Made by a program: the position numbers and the translations under genes. A DNA stretch of 64,000 bases from Diplonema japonicum. Its lineage: Eukaryota; Protista; Euglenozoa: Diplonemea. Shown here piece after piece: positions 11,601-23,300 of the stretch. The notes below the pieces were generated by a model that saw nothing but the letters and a program-made list of their open reading frames with translations, did not search any database and was not told the DNA's origin. Where the stretch lies: assembly GCA_964019335.1 (NCBI GenBank), contig OZ025698.1, positions 372,001 to 436,000 of the forward strand. The letters are read 5' to 3'. Within the stretch, counting starts at the first letter, position 1, and every line of letters begins with the position of its first letter.

Positions 11601-14600
11601 CGAGGCGGCGACACCTTTTCAATGGAGGAAAACAGCATTCGTGATGCGGATGTCTCTGTCAGAACGGAGCCGGGCGGGAGGGGCACGCTCAGAGGAAACG
11701 TCATCCGTACCAACGAAGCCCTCGCAGTCCAACTCAGCGGTGGGACCACCGTTTTCGCGGAAAACTACATTTTTCAACACTGGCGGACACCAGCAGTACT
11801 GGCAGACCAGCCTGGCAAAGCGGTACTTCAAGGCAACATCGTCTTTGAAAACCTTGTCGGTGTCAAGACAATCAACGGGGCAGATCCCATCCTGCGGGAC
11901 AACCATTTAACAGGATGTTCCATTGCCGCCATACTTGTAACGGACGGTGGGGCCGGGTGCTTTGAAACCAATAAAATCTCGAAGAACAATCAGCTCGGTG
12001 TTCTGGCACAATGCGCGTCGGCGCCGGTCTTTTTCAAGAACGTGATAGAGCTAAACGGTACCAACGGCGTCATGTTGGAGGACAGCACGAAGGCTGTCTT
12101 TAAGGCTAACACCGTGACCGCGAACAAATTCGTCGGTTTCGTCGTGAGGACCAACGCAAACCCTTTATTGGAGGAGAACATGGTCAGCAGCAACCCCGTC
12201 GCGGGGATTCTTGTAAAAGAAGCGGGGAGGGGGATCATGCGGGCAAACTTTTTGAAAAGCACCGAAGCACATAAACCGCAAGTACAGATTAGGATAGAAG
12301 ATATCGGGTCAGACCCCTTCATCAGCAACTCGGAAATCTCAGGAGCGGCCACCCACGGCGTACAAGTTAGAAGCCACTGCAAAGGACAATTCGTGGGGAA
12401 CACCATCAGCCACAACACCGACTGTGGCATGGAAGTAACAGATGACGCCTCACCCACCGTGACAAAGAACACCTTCCACGACAATGGACAGCAAGGTCTT
12501 ACAATATCTCTCGGGTCGCGAGGTGTATATGAAAACAACACCGTGTTCAACAACGCAGAAGGCGGTATTCACATGCGTGCAGGCGCCACGGGAATCATCA
12601 AGGGCAACACTGTACGTGATGAAAGCCGCGGAGGCATCATGGTGACGAGCTCCACCGGTGAAGTGAGTGGGAACGACATTACATCGTGCAGCCGGTTCGG
12701 GATGTGCTTCAAAGGCTCCGTCCTTACTGTGGTAAAGGAGAACATCCTGCACCACAACACATCGCCCGCCGCCGTTGTCGAGCACGGTGCAACCCCGACA
12801 TTCACAGAAAACTTTTTCCACAGCAACCACCACGGGCTCGGGGTAGCAGTACGCGACCAAGGAAACCCGTTGTTGGAGAGAAACGTATTTTACAAGGAGC
12901 ACAAGGCTTTGTCTGTAAGCAGCGGTGGAGGCGGGGTGTACCGAAGCAATCTGTTCATAAAATGCGGAACGGAAGGAACGTACGTAGCATATGTCGAACG
13001 ATCGGAACCGAGCTTCGACTCGAATGTGTTCTGCATGAACGAAGGTGTGTCCGCGTGCTTCGGCGAAGGCGCCGGTGGAAAATTCAGCCACAACATCGTG
13101 TGCAACGGTGCCGGTGAGTCTACTGGCGTGGAACTCCTAGCCAACGCCGCGACCTGCTTCGCATCAAACACAATATGGGGCATGCGTGTGTGCGTATCTG
13201 TCACAGGTTCCGCGTCGCCCACCTTCACGGACGACGACATCATAGCAGGCGTCTCATCATGCGTTACAATCGCATCTGGTGGTGCCCCTTCCTTCAGCTC
13301 CTGTTTTATTCGGTCTAGTAAAATAACCGGCGTGCTTGTGACATCTGGGGAAGCAGGGTTTTCAGGATGCACGTTTCAAGGTAATCACTCGGGGTTGGAG
13401 GTCAAGGGTGGACAGGTCACCGTGACTGGCTCGACATTCCGGGAGAACAAAACTGGTGTCTCGTACACTGGCACCAACGGGACGATGACGGGTTGCACAT
13501 TGGTGTCGAACACGGTCGCTGTGGCGGTGCGGGCCGGGGCAAACCCTCTTATAAAAGGGAACAGGATCCACAGAAACACAAAGGGCGTCCATGTCACCTC
13601 CGAGGGAGAGGGCACCATCGAGGAGTGCGAGATATACCTCAACGACGACAACGTTGTGGTCGAAGGAGAGGCCGCACCGTACCTTGTGGAGAACCACATC
13701 TACGACGCGAGGCGGAACGGGGTTCACGTCAATGGGGGACAGGCTACGTTCACAGCGAACCACATATACGATAATTCCGACCACTCTTTCTACTGTGAAG
13801 CAGGTTCGCCCATCCTCACCGGGAATAGAATATACTACGCAAAGGAAGCAGGCGCCTTTCGGTCCGCCGACGACGCGACACCGTTAACCCGCAACAACAC
13901 TGTTCTTAACCATCAATCGCCTGTGATCAACGCTACCACGCAACAGGATAGAAAAGGCATCCACGAGAGGGCGGGGAAGGAGCTGGAGAAGGTTAAGGTG
14001 GGGCTCGCGAGAAGGGCGGCAAAGCGACGGGAGTCAGCGTCAGTCTCATTGAACATCGTGGAGCCCGTTCTCGAGATGTTCGTGGACGGCAACGGGGCGC
14101 CTAGGAAAGAGGCTAGGGACCAAAAAAGCACAAACGACGAAGAACGAAAAGAAATCGGCTCACGGGGCTCATTATTCGCAGAAGACCGAAGCGTATCCTA
14201 CACTATACTTGCGGAGGTGCGAAGGGGGTTGACGCATGTCGGCGGCTTTGGGCGGCAATCCGTAGCTGACGACAGCGGGCGGAGGAAAAGCAGTGCGTTT
14301 GGCGCACTTCGCACAAAGCTCCCCACTCCACCCCAGTCACGGCGAGGCACTGTGGCGTCTCCTCCGAGGACACCTGTTGCATCTCCTTCCCAGAGAACAC
14401 CTCCAAGAACGCCCGTAGCGAAGCCCCCCGCAACTGATCGCAAGCGAAGCAGTATCCGACCACGAAAAACCTCCTCTACTACTGTCACCCCTCGGAGCCA
14501 GTCCCCTGCACGGTCTCCACGCGCGACCCACAGGCCTTCCCGTCGTCGGAGCAACCTCCCAACCGTCAGCTCAACTACCGAATCGCGTCCTCCTACGCTG

Positions 14601-14708
14601 GAAGCCGTCCCGTACGACGCTTCCTTTGTTCCCGACAAGGAGGGTGACAACTTGCCCTCTATACCGCCTTCGCTTGAGGCTGTGTCTTACGTGGGTTCTA
14701 TACAGTGA
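8664..14708 (+). CDS. 2014-aa right-handed parallel beta-helix (PbH1/CASH, FBXO11-like repeats) protein with a P/R/S/T-rich tail
   Basis: Starts with SINEAVSFAKPGERIEVAQGKYFE, then dozens of ~23-aa N-x-I-x-x-N...G-I/V repeats and a low-complexity basic C-terminus. Confidence 0.85.
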   Translation: MSDVFWRDMPCSWPGRTGVAKTYFVQKQPRRGYFSSINEAVSFAKPGERIEVAQGKYFENVVVCKSVELVAEKGADKPEIYSHGVTLSVDADEAMISGLSIRTGEQECYALLVISGHPIISQCHIQNVQVTGLSNPIIEKNNITQSKTHGAYITGRAGGSFQGNTIENHGWYAVWVEATGQCEFVTNYIQHGGHGQIMVTGQTDFDSIGDVGPNVSASAEEVAPVFKGNKITDTVVNLIRKAELGHKRPSQVREVGDTVSIFVDEREESGQTSYVSDARVERFWKDRAAVEVKSFAVPVFERNWIADGLNHGVRIHQNGGGIFTKNKLMRNAGAGVCISLGSPKIFENDITFNRVGGIIATRDASGHITHNTINGNGLFGVQLSKGGRKLHIEHNTITDHEKMGMHFLDGGTAQCFKNEIAENRGPGVVTETLGDPVLKQNILRANTIGFTATRFGKGVLTDNEIVNNEKEGVIVTQSANPYLAKNRICQSTCNVVVTRNGLGTFIDNYIRDARQVQVLVSAQGNPTMTSNQIICGKDEGVVCKDYGAGVFRFNVVASHLGCNIVISKHADPCFERNLVMGSLIEGVRIEGNGKGTFLSNFIQRNMGSGVVVQSGGVPIFRNNLIRNCRQGGVYIGHGGGGQFEKNQFLRNLCGIEVEGTGAGSQEDDEQREIPVFTRNVVANSIQYGLWVGRGGCPLLQRNIIEGSRVAAVYIETSAHPTLLANEISNNKAGLVFRNEGRGVFIQNLIEGTETFAVEISNGSNPCIASNLITGGTDAIIVEDSAKGNLYQNIITGAETGILIGSGCTTVIKRNVITQCGTGMKLNGASDCELAENIISENTVRGLYVTPTGHCTLLSGHIVTGHTEGVVIEGRGSFTNSHIFNNSKGNLVIQEAGDPALKGNLIAGGTVGMACRGGHGGTSGTIIMKCTQGVVISGIASPEFSENLITECEVGVVVMDNANGMMTGNFLYTNTTNVLLRGGDTFSMEENSIRDADVSVRTEPGGRGTLRGNVIRTNEALAVQLSGGTTVFAENYIFQHWRTPAVLADQPGKAVLQGNIVFENLVGVKTINGADPILRDNHLTGCSIAAILVTDGGAGCFETNKISKNNQLGVLAQCASAPVFFKNVIELNGTNGVMLEDSTKAVFKANTVTANKFVGFVVRTNANPLLEENMVSSNPVAGILVKEAGRGIMRANFLKSTEAHKPQVQIRIEDIGSDPFISNSEISGAATHGVQVRSHCKGQFVGNTISHNTDCGMEVTDDASPTVTKNTFHDNGQQGLTISLGSRGVYENNTVFNNAEGGIHMRAGATGIIKGNTVRDESRGGIMVTSSTGEVSGNDITSCSRFGMCFKGSVLTVVKENILHHNTSPAAVVEHGATPTFTENFFHSNHHGLGVAVRDQGNPLLERNVFYKEHKALSVSSGGGGVYRSNLFIKCGTEGTYVAYVERSEPSFDSNVFCMNEGVSACFGEGAGGKFSHNIVCNGAGESTGVELLANAATCFASNTIWGMRVCVSVTGSASPTFTDDDIIAGVSSCVTIASGGAPSFSSCFIRSSKITGVLVTSGEAGFSGCTFQGNHSGLEVKGGQVTVTGSTFRENKTGVSYTGTNGTMTGCTLVSNTVAVAVRAGANPLIKGNRIHRNTKGVHVTSEGEGTIEECEIYLNDDNVVVEGEAAPYLVENHIYDARRNGVHVNGGQATFTANHIYDNSDHSFYCEAGSPILTGNRIYYAKEAGAFRSADDATPLTRNNTVLNHQSPVINATTQQDRKGIHERAGKELEKVKVGLARRAAKRRESASVSLNIVEPVLEMFVDGNGAPRKEARDQKSTNDEERKEIGSRGSLFAEDRSVSYTILAEVRRGLTHVGGFGRQSVADDSGRRKSSAFGALRTKLPTPPQSRRGTVASPPRTPVASPSQRTPPRTPVAKPPATDRKRSSIRPRKTSSTTVTPRSQSPARSPRATHRPSRRRSNLPTVSSTTESRPPTLEAVPYDASFVPDKEGDNLPSIPPSLEAVSYVGSIQ

Positions 14709-15224
14709 GTTTTTCTTTTTTTTTTTTCTTGCGATTTCTCTTTTTCTTTTTTTTGATTTAGGACTGTTTCGCTTCGGATCTGTAATCTGAGTTCTTAGAT
14801 TCCCCCCCCAAAAAAAAGTAAAAAAAGCAGTTGATTTGAGAAGAAAAAAAAAAAGAAAATCTCGGTGGACCCCTCTGGAGATTCTTTTGGAGAGATACGA
14901 AAGGTTCCAGAAAGGGAAAAGCAGATAAGTGGAGACAGGGGGGGGGGGGGGGGGGGGGGCGTCTTCTTCTCTCCTCTCTTTTTCCCATTTCCACGGATAT
15001 TTCTAATTACTCTCTGCTATGGGAAGGGAGAAAGTTAATAGAACTATCACGCAGAGCAAGGGCGAAAGGGATAAGCAGCGGGGCCATTCTGGTTCAGAAG
15101 TATTCTGGAAGTGGTCGTTTGCTGCCAGGTGCAATGGAGTGAGATCTCCCCCCCCCTTACCTGTTCCCCCACCCTCTTTCGTGTTAGCAATAACAACCAA
15201 TGTCCAACAGCTACGGGGTACACA

Positions 15225-16896
15225 ATGATCGGCAGTGAGTCATCTCCAAAGCCTGGGGCCTATGGCAAACGGCGGGTAGTTGGCATAGCAGTATGCTTAT
15301 GACACATTCAACAAAACAATGAACAGGCGGTCAGCAAACTAAACTTTGAACCTGCAAAAATAAACTTGAAGGGATTCGATCAGGGAATGGCGTATATCAG
15401 AATATGCCAGAAGGCCGACAGTAACGGAAAGCTGCTGGACCGTGTGTTTATCATCACAAGGCGCTGCTTGCTGCTGGCCGACACCAGCAGCAGGGTGAAG
15501 AGGTGCTTGACATTCGATTCTGTGAAACGCTTCACAATGCAGATGGACAGTAAAGGTGTGTGGGAAATGGTACTGTCCCTCGACCAACCCGAACAAGATT
15601 TGTTGCTAAAATTCGCACCCGACAAAAGGAACTTCACCGACTCCACCGAGGAGGAATTCAAGAAGATGGCAGAGCTATATGTAATGATATCCTCCGCATT
15701 CTTGGGCACACCAACCAAAGTTGAATGGCCCACAGATCCACGGGATTTGCCTACCAAAAAAGAACAAAAGCAGAAGTACGTACAAGTGGAGCACCTCGGG
15801 GAAGGCGGGCAGGGGTCAGTTTACAAGGTGATGAAAATAGCGGGCGGGAAGTTCTTTGCGATGAAGAAGCTGACTGCTGCCGCAGAAGAGCAGCATTTGA
15901 AGAATGTAAAGGAGGTGAAACACATGCTGAAGCTGAGCCACAGGAACCTTGTTCCCTGCCTTGACCACTTCATGACGACGGGGACAGAACAACACGGGGC
16001 CCTCACTGTGAAGGAGTGGCGGCTTCACATAGTAATGCCCCTGTACACTGGGGGAGACCTCCATGCTCACGTTATGAAGGAGGGACCCCTTCCTCAAATG
16101 AAGGCCCAAAGACTCTTGCAGGAGATGGCTGATGCCCTTCACTACATCCACAACCAGGACTTCATCCACAGGGATGTGAAGCCCCTCAACATTATGTTGA
16201 ATACTCCTTCTGATGCTGTTTCTGGTGGTCAAGCTGAATTCGTTCTGGCCGACCTTGGACTGTCGAGGGAGGTGGTCGGAGAGGGGGAAGCCAGCACCTT
16301 TGCGGGGACACCACCCTTCATGTCCCCAGAATTCTGGGATCAGAAGCGCTACACCAACAAGGTAGACATGTGGGCCCTTGCAGTGACTGTGTGCTACGTG
16401 GTGCTTTCCAGAGACATGAGGGACCGCTTCCTGAAGTACTTGAAGGTAAACCGTGAGCTTGTGATGACAGAGCTTCGGGCGCTCCTCCCTCCTGTCTTCA
16501 GCGCACCGCTGTGCGAGTTGATCCTCCGCCTCCTCTCCATAAACCCTTCAGAACGTCCCACTGCTGGGGAGGTCCTGCGGGAAGTAAAGACGGCGACGAC
16601 ACCAACACCAACAGCAACAACAACAACAACAACAAACGATAGTGCTTCTTGCGATCGGGAGTATAAATGGTGAGGAGAGGACCAGGAGGCTCCGTGTGGG
16701 AGTGGGGGCGGGAATGGAAGAGGTTCGGGTGGCGGCTGTGAAGGGGTTCTCAGAGGGGCAGGCGTTGCGGGTTCGCAGAGTACAGGTGTTCGACAAGGAC
16801 TTCGAGGAGTTCGTGGAGGCTGACGACGAGGACATTGTGTTCAAGGACAAGGAGCGCATCCGTATCGTGTTTGAACTCTGCAACCTCTCCATCTGA
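15225..16896 (+). CDS. Ser/Thr kinase (NEK-like) with an N-terminal TH1/PH-like domain. Intron 15291-15326; apparent +1 frameshift near 16636 before the C-terminal domain
   Basis: Kinase motifs GEGGQG, FAMK, HRDVKPLN, DLG, GTPPFMSPE and DMWAL. N-terminal KADSNGKLLDRVFIITRRCLLL is PH-like. ORF 16642-16896 is homologous to the in-frame post-kinase domain of paralog 46463-48523. Without the frameshift the frame stops at 16673. Confidence 0.75.
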
Positions 16897-17554
16897 GGGG
16901 ACCGCAGCCTTGACTTCCGCACAGACGGAGCTGAACCGTCTCGAAGCTCCTGAGAAGTTTGAAGCCGCAAAGAATCAAACAAAATTCTCCCTTTTAACTC
17001 GTATTCTCTTGTATTGGTTGTATTGACTTTCTTCTCACTCTCTTTCCCATTGTCACAGATATTCTGAGTACTCTTCTGTGGTATGGTCCGTCATCTAAAA
17101 GGCGGAGGAGAAGGAAGAAATATTTCTACTTTGAGAAGAGGAAAGCTTGGGCGCTCAAATGTTGCAATGGACCGTGTCTTCGCCCATGACTCTTGTTGTC
17201 TGCGGCCAATTGAGGACGTTGGCAACAGCATTTTTTTGTTTTCCCTCCGTTTACATCCTATATTCTTTCAAATCGATATAACAGCCTATGTTCAACACAG
17301 TGGCCCCAATTCAGTGCCAATAACGTTAAAATAAAATCACGTAGCCTCTTATAATCGCCTATAACCCCAAGTCGTGACGTGGTGAGTGCTCTTGAAAAGG
17401 TTAAGTTAGGCTAAACTAGTTTATTTTTTTTTTCCTTTCTTTTTTTTCTATAGCTGATGCCAGCGTACTGAGCTATTTTATTAGGTAAAAAAAAAAAAAA
17501 CCCACGCACTGAAAATCCACAAACAAATGAAGCGCTAAACTAGTTTTTTTTTTT

Positions 17555-18862
17555 CGACAGAGATGCATGCGGATCGCTGCGGGGTACGGCACGGGGTCCA
17601 CCCCGATGGGACCAGTAGGCAACCTGGTCTGTCGGTGGCTCCCCTATATAGGATGGAGCTGGGCGCAATTGCTAGACTGTGGGAACAAACCCTGGGCCGA
17701 ACGCGGACACGTCTTTAGGGACGCGGTGAGGAAAGCCCGGAGCAGGTCGCTGGCGAACGAGAGGAACACAGTGAGAGGGATGGAGGCAGGAGCGGATCCC
17801 AAAACCAACCAACTATGGAAAACAGCCAAAGACCCGCTCATGTCCTACTGCCTGAGACGGGTTATCACCGGAGGGGTCCCCTACCTTAGCCCGCATGCAG
17901 GAACGAATCAAAGAAGCGTCCCCCTGGCACCAGAAGGTGACGGCACCGAAGAAGTCGAAGAGAGCGTAAGCCAAGTCCCAACAACGACAGTATCACGCAC
18001 ACAAGGGTTCAGGTGCGACCTGTGTGAATCACCGTACCCGGACACGGTAACCCTACTCCGCCACCAACTCTACGAGTGCGCCTGCGCACAGGAAGAGCTA
18101 GCACAGGACGGCTTGGAACCACTGCGCAACAGGACAGGATGGCCCCTGTGTCTGGAATTGCACGCGATTCTGCCGAGAGGACATGACTTTGCGTACCTAG
18201 AGAAGCTGCAAAGATACTTAGCCGTGTTGGTTGAGAAACGAGACGTAGAGCTCATGCAGAAGGAGGATGTCAACACACAGCCGCTACCGTGGATTCGAAA
18301 TGTGGTAGGTAAGAAATGCCCCGTTCCGATAGCTGGCGAGCTCGAAGGAGTGAGCGGGGTCCTGTCCCAGTACCTGAACCCGCTGCTACAATGGTTGTCA
18401 CAACTGCGCTGGGTGGAGAAGGACACCACCTCGGAGGTGTCGGCGGTGGAACTGGCCATTGACTTCGAATGGACGACCGGAAAGTCTTTGGGAGGCCTGC
18501 TGGAAGATAGGGCGCGCAGAATCAAAGCTCTCATCGTAAAGATAAACACAGCATGCAGGGCACGGAAGAAGCGACGCCCCTTCCCAGCGGACGAGAGAAA
18601 AAGAGTGAAGTCTCTCATCGCCATTGGAGGAAAGGCAGCTATTGGTTTCTCCAGGAGGCCTATTTTCGCCACCCGGTCCACGCACGACAAGCTAATGGAA
18701 TTGAAAGCCGACTACAAGCGGGACCGCATCACACGACTCCGCAAGACGCTCACGGCCTCAATCGGAATGAAAGCAATGCTCCAGAAGGGGAGTATTAACA
18801 GATAGACCCCCCCCCCTCCCATAGGGCGGCCCTTTAGCGGGGGGCTTGTCCTGTACTTTGAG
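17555..18862 (+). mobile_element. 5'-truncated non-LTR retrotransposon (C-terminal region only; ORF 17567-18805)
   Basis: CCHC-like CDLC...HQLYEC. The C-terminal blocks VSAVELAIDF, GFSRRPIFA and QKGSINR* match the element at 24847-27744 (VSKAELAVDL, GYSTRPIFA, QKGSNTR*). Bounded by T tracts. Confidence 0.75.
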
Positions 18863-18968
18863 TTTTTTCTTTTTCTTTTCTTCTTCTTCTTATTCTTTTG
18901 TTACCTGTGCGAAAAAGATTTCGTCAAAAAAAAAAAGAGGCTTAAAAAAAAAAAAAAAAAAAAAAAAA

Positions 18969-19700
18969 ATGATGAAACTAACAATAAAAGGCACGTGGCT
19001 CCTGTACGGGTGTGTGGGTCTCACCATCTTGTGTTTTGCCTGTACGTACCCCATCTCCGTCTACGCATGCAAAGAAAGCGACGAGTGCTTGGGCCACCAA
19101 GGAGAGTACTTTCTGTCCAACACCATCAACTACCCTTACGCCAGCTGCATAGGCTCCTTCCTGCTGTCGTTCGGGGCCATGCTACTCGGCGCGGTACTAT
19201 TGCTGAAACACATGGCCATCGATAAGTGCATTCCTGAGGAAAATGGCGAGCGGTGCCAAAAGATCAACAATGTCGGTGTGGGTTTGGGCGTGACATCTAT
19301 GGTAGGGGCCATTGGGGTCTGCTCGTTTCAACTGGCCGCAATCCCATCTATGCATTACACTTTTGCAGCTTTATTTTTCGGCGGTGGGCTGCTATCTCTT
19401 TCCTGCTTCAGCTACCTTGACTATCTTCTCCATCACGATGGAACATCAATGGGAGTCGTCAGAGCACGCATTGCTTTCCTGATATGTGCTTTTTTATGCT
19501 TAACCACTTGGATCTTGATGGGTCTTGTTACTAACGATTTCAGTTCAACGCGGTACACCATCCCCACCGCAGTAATGGAGGTCTGTTGCTTCCTGTGCTT
19601 CGAGGCGGTGTTGGCAAGCTGGTACAGGGATTTTTGCACGCAATCTCTCACCCTAACCTCCCTTGACCCTTCTTCAGAATACACTCCTGTCAATGCTTGA
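18969..19700 (+). CDS. Frag1/DRAM/Sfk1 (TMEM150-like) membrane protein
   Basis: About six TM helices; YFLSNTINYPYASCIGSFLL and MHYTFAALFF motifs; E in the last helix (MEVCC). Confidence 0.7.
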   Translation: MMKLTIKGTWLLYGCVGLTILCFACTYPISVYACKESDECLGHQGEYFLSNTINYPYASCIGSFLLSFGAMLLGAVLLLKHMAIDKCIPEENGERCQKINNVGVGLGVTSMVGAIGVCSFQLAAIPSMHYTFAALFFGGGLLSLSCFSYLDYLLHHDGTSMGVVRARIAFLICAFLCLTTWILMGLVTNDFSSTRYTIPTAVMEVCCFLCFEAVLASWYRDFCTQSLTLTSLDPSSEYTPVNA

Positions 19701-20389
19701 AAAAAAAAAACTTTTTTTTTTTGTGCTGTGTCTTTCCATGTTATGTGATGTCTGTGCGAATATATGGCCTCCGATGCTCTTTTGTCGGTCAGGGAATCTT
19801 CTCGATCTTCGCGTTCCTTTGAGGGAAAGGCGAAAAAAGAAGAAGAAAAAAGTACACCCCCCCCACTCATATGGATATGCACTTCCTGCTAGAACTTGTC
19901 ATCCTTGTGCCGAGAAGAAAAAAAAGAATTAATTTCCTTACTTTATTAGGTCTTACATTTTCTTTTTTCTGCATTTTCTCGCGTTTCTTTGCTCAGGCGA
20001 GATATAAAAAAAAATAAGCTCAAGTTCTCAAAATTATTGTCCCCCCCCCCCCCCCCCTCCCCCTTAATTCTTCTACATACGATTGGAGCAACTCCTGGGG
20101 GTTTATTTTTCTACACAGCCAAAAGAATGACCGAGTCTTGCTCCGGTTAGACTTTTTTGTTTGTGCTTTTGCGTTTCGCTCGAACACACGAGGAGGATGT
20201 GAAAGGGTTTCTGTCTGTCTTATTTTCTTGCTTTTTTTTTTTCTCTCTCTTTATATCTAATTCCATTTCAAAAGAACATGGCAGCTCCATTCTTCATCAT
20301 CATCATTCTTTTTCTTTTGTGTGTGTTTGTTTTCATTTTTTTCTCCCCCCTCCGATCCACAAGAACAGGTCATCCCCCCCCACCCAACG

Positions 20390-23300
20390 ATGTCTTCCCT
20401 GGGAGTCGCTCTGGCAGAGTTAGACTCAACAAAAGACGCATTACAGCATGAAGAATACGTAAATCTCAAGCGCAAGCTTTTCGAAAAGCACCTAGGGGTG
20501 TCGCCCTGTTTGACCGACAAAGAGAGCACCTTGAAGTACATGAAGGAGCAGGCTGTTGTAGCAGAAGTAGACGCAGCACTAAAACACTTGTTCGAAGCAA
20601 AACCACCGAACGCCGTCAGTTTTCTCGCCGATTATTTCACGAGGAAGGTGCAGCTGTCCCAACGGGGGAGGCCGCAGTCTGCCGCGCCGAGACACAAACA
20701 AACAAGAGGAACGAATCTATTCGAGAGGCTCGGAGGTGAAACCATGATGAAAACCATCGTTGAGCGGTTCTATGACAAGGTACTCGACGATAACCAGGTG
20801 GCGCATTTCTTCACAGGACACCTTATGTCGAAGCAGCAGGACATGCAGAACAAATTCTTGACTAAGCTCTTCGAAGGTCCTGACAACTACAACGGCAAAA
20901 CCATGCAACAGGCTCACAAGAGACTGGTCAGCAACATGGGTCTGAACGACAAACACTTCGATATCATGATTTCACTGCTCCGCAACGTGCTCACCGATGC
21001 CAATGTCCTGCATGATGATGTGGATCGCTGCATTTCTCTAGTCGAATCAACAAGAACCGACGTTCTATGCAAGGACATGAAGGACGAGGCCCCGTCCCTT
21101 TATGAACGACTCGGCGGGTGTGCCGCGCTTAACGCTACGGTTGAAAACTTTTACGAGAAGGTTCTTGCAGACAGCAGAGTGAACGGCTTCTTCGAGGGTG
21201 TCGATATGAAGAAGCAGAAGCAGATACAGAAAGCCTTCCTCACCTTTGCTTTCGGTGGCCCCAACAAGTACTCCGGACGCAATATGCGCAAGGCACATGA
21301 GAAGCTTGTCAAGGAAAAAGGCCTGAACGACAGCCACTACGACGCCATCGTCGACCTCTTAGCAGAGACACTCAGCGAGCTAGGCGTCAGCGCCACAGAG
21401 ATCAAAGCCGTTGCCGCGGTGGCCAACACTGTGAGGGACGATATCTTGTGCAAGGAGACGGGTACACCAACACCCGCGGCCAACGAGAGTCAACCAGAGC
21501 CGCCCACTCTGTTTGAAAGGCTTGGCGGTGCTGCTGCTGTCGACGCTGCCGTCGATCAGTTCTACGAAAAGGTACTCGCAGACAGCAGGGTGAAGGACTT
21601 CTTCGAAGGTGTTGATATGAAGAAACAACGAAAAATGCAAAAGGCCTTCCTCACCTTCGCCTTTGGCGGTCCCAACAAATACTCCGGACATTCCATGCAG
21701 AAGGCTCACGAGAAGCTTGTGAAGGAGAAGGGTCTGAACGAAACCCATTACAATGCGATCGTCGAACTGCTTGCAGAAACCCTGAAAGAACTAGGTGTTG
21801 GCGATGCTGATATTGGTGAGGTGGCGAAGGTGGCGAACAGTGTGAAGGATGATGTTCTGTGCAAAGGAATGGACTTAACACCACCTTCTCTGTTCGAAAG
21901 GCTTGGCGGTGCTGCTGCTGTCGACGCTGCCGTCGATCAGTTCTACGAAAAGGTACTCGCAGACAGCAGGGTGAAGGACTTCTTCGAAGGTGTTGATATG
22001 AACAAACAACGAAAAATGCAAAAGGCCTTCCTCACCTTCGCCTTTGGCGGTCCCAACAAATACTCCGGACATTCCATGCAGAAGGCTCACGAGAAGCTTG
22101 TGAAGGAGAAGGGTCTGAACGACAGCCACTACGATGCAATCGTGGAACTGCTTGGTGGGACTTTGAAGGAGCTTGGTGTTGGCAATGCCGATGTCGATGA
22201 AGTGGCTAAAATAGCAAACAGTGTGAGGGACGATGTTCTGTGCAAAGAGTTGGTGGCGCAAGCACCTTCTCTGTTCGAAAGGCTTGGCGGTGGTGCTGCT
22301 GTCGACGCTGCCGTCGATAAGTTCTACGAAAAGGTACTCGCAGACAGCAGGGTGAGGGACTTCTTCGAAGGTGTTGATATGAACAAACAACGAAAAATGC
22401 AAAAAGCCTTCCTCACCTTCGCCTTTGGCGGTCCCAACAAATACACCGGACATTCCATGCAGAAGGCTCACGAGAAGCTTGTGAAGGAGAAGGGTCTGAA
22501 CGAAACCCATTACAATGTGATCGTCGAACTGCTTGCAGAAACCCTGAGAGAACTAGGTGTTAGTAATACCGACATCGATGAAGTGGCGAAGGTGGCGAAC
22601 AGTGTGAAGGATGATGTTCTGTGCAAAGGAATGGAAACACCTCCCCTGTTCGAAAGGCTTGGCGGTGGTGCTGCTGTCGACGCTGCCGTTGATCAGTTCT
22701 ACGAAAAGGTACTCGCAGACAGCAGGGTGAAGGACTTCTTCGAAGGTGTTGATATGAAGAAACAAAAGCAGATGCAAAAATCCTTCCTCACCCTTGCCTT
22801 CGGCGGTCCCAACAAATACTCCGGACGTTCCATGCAGAAGGCTCACGAGAAGCTTGTGAAGGAGAAAGGTCTGAACGAAACCCACTACAATGCGATCGTC
22901 GAACTGCTTGCAGAAACCCTGAAAGAGCTAGGTGTTGGCGATGCTGATATCGAGGAAGTGGCTAAAATAGCAAACAGTGTAAAAGACGACATCCTGTGCA
23001 AAGGAATGGACGTAACACCACCCCCTCTGTTCGAAAGGCTTGGCGGTGAAGCGGCTGTCGACGCTGCCGTCGATCAGTTCTACGAAAAGGTACTCGCAGA
23101 CAGCAGGGTGAAGGACTTCTTCGAAGGTGTTGATATGAAGAAACAACGAAAAATGCAAAAGGCCTTCCTCACCTTCGCCTTCGGCGGTCTCAACAAATAC
23201 TCCGGACATTCCATGCAGAAGGCTCACGAGAAGCTTGTGAAGGAGAAGGGTCTGAACGAAACCCATTACGATGCAATCGTCGAACTGCTTGCAGAAACCC

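Noticed and set aside
17395-17546. Telomere-like ggttaagttagg and a 13-bp direct repeat gctaaactagttt
   Set aside because: Too short and degenerate to call a telomeric repeat or a target-site duplication.
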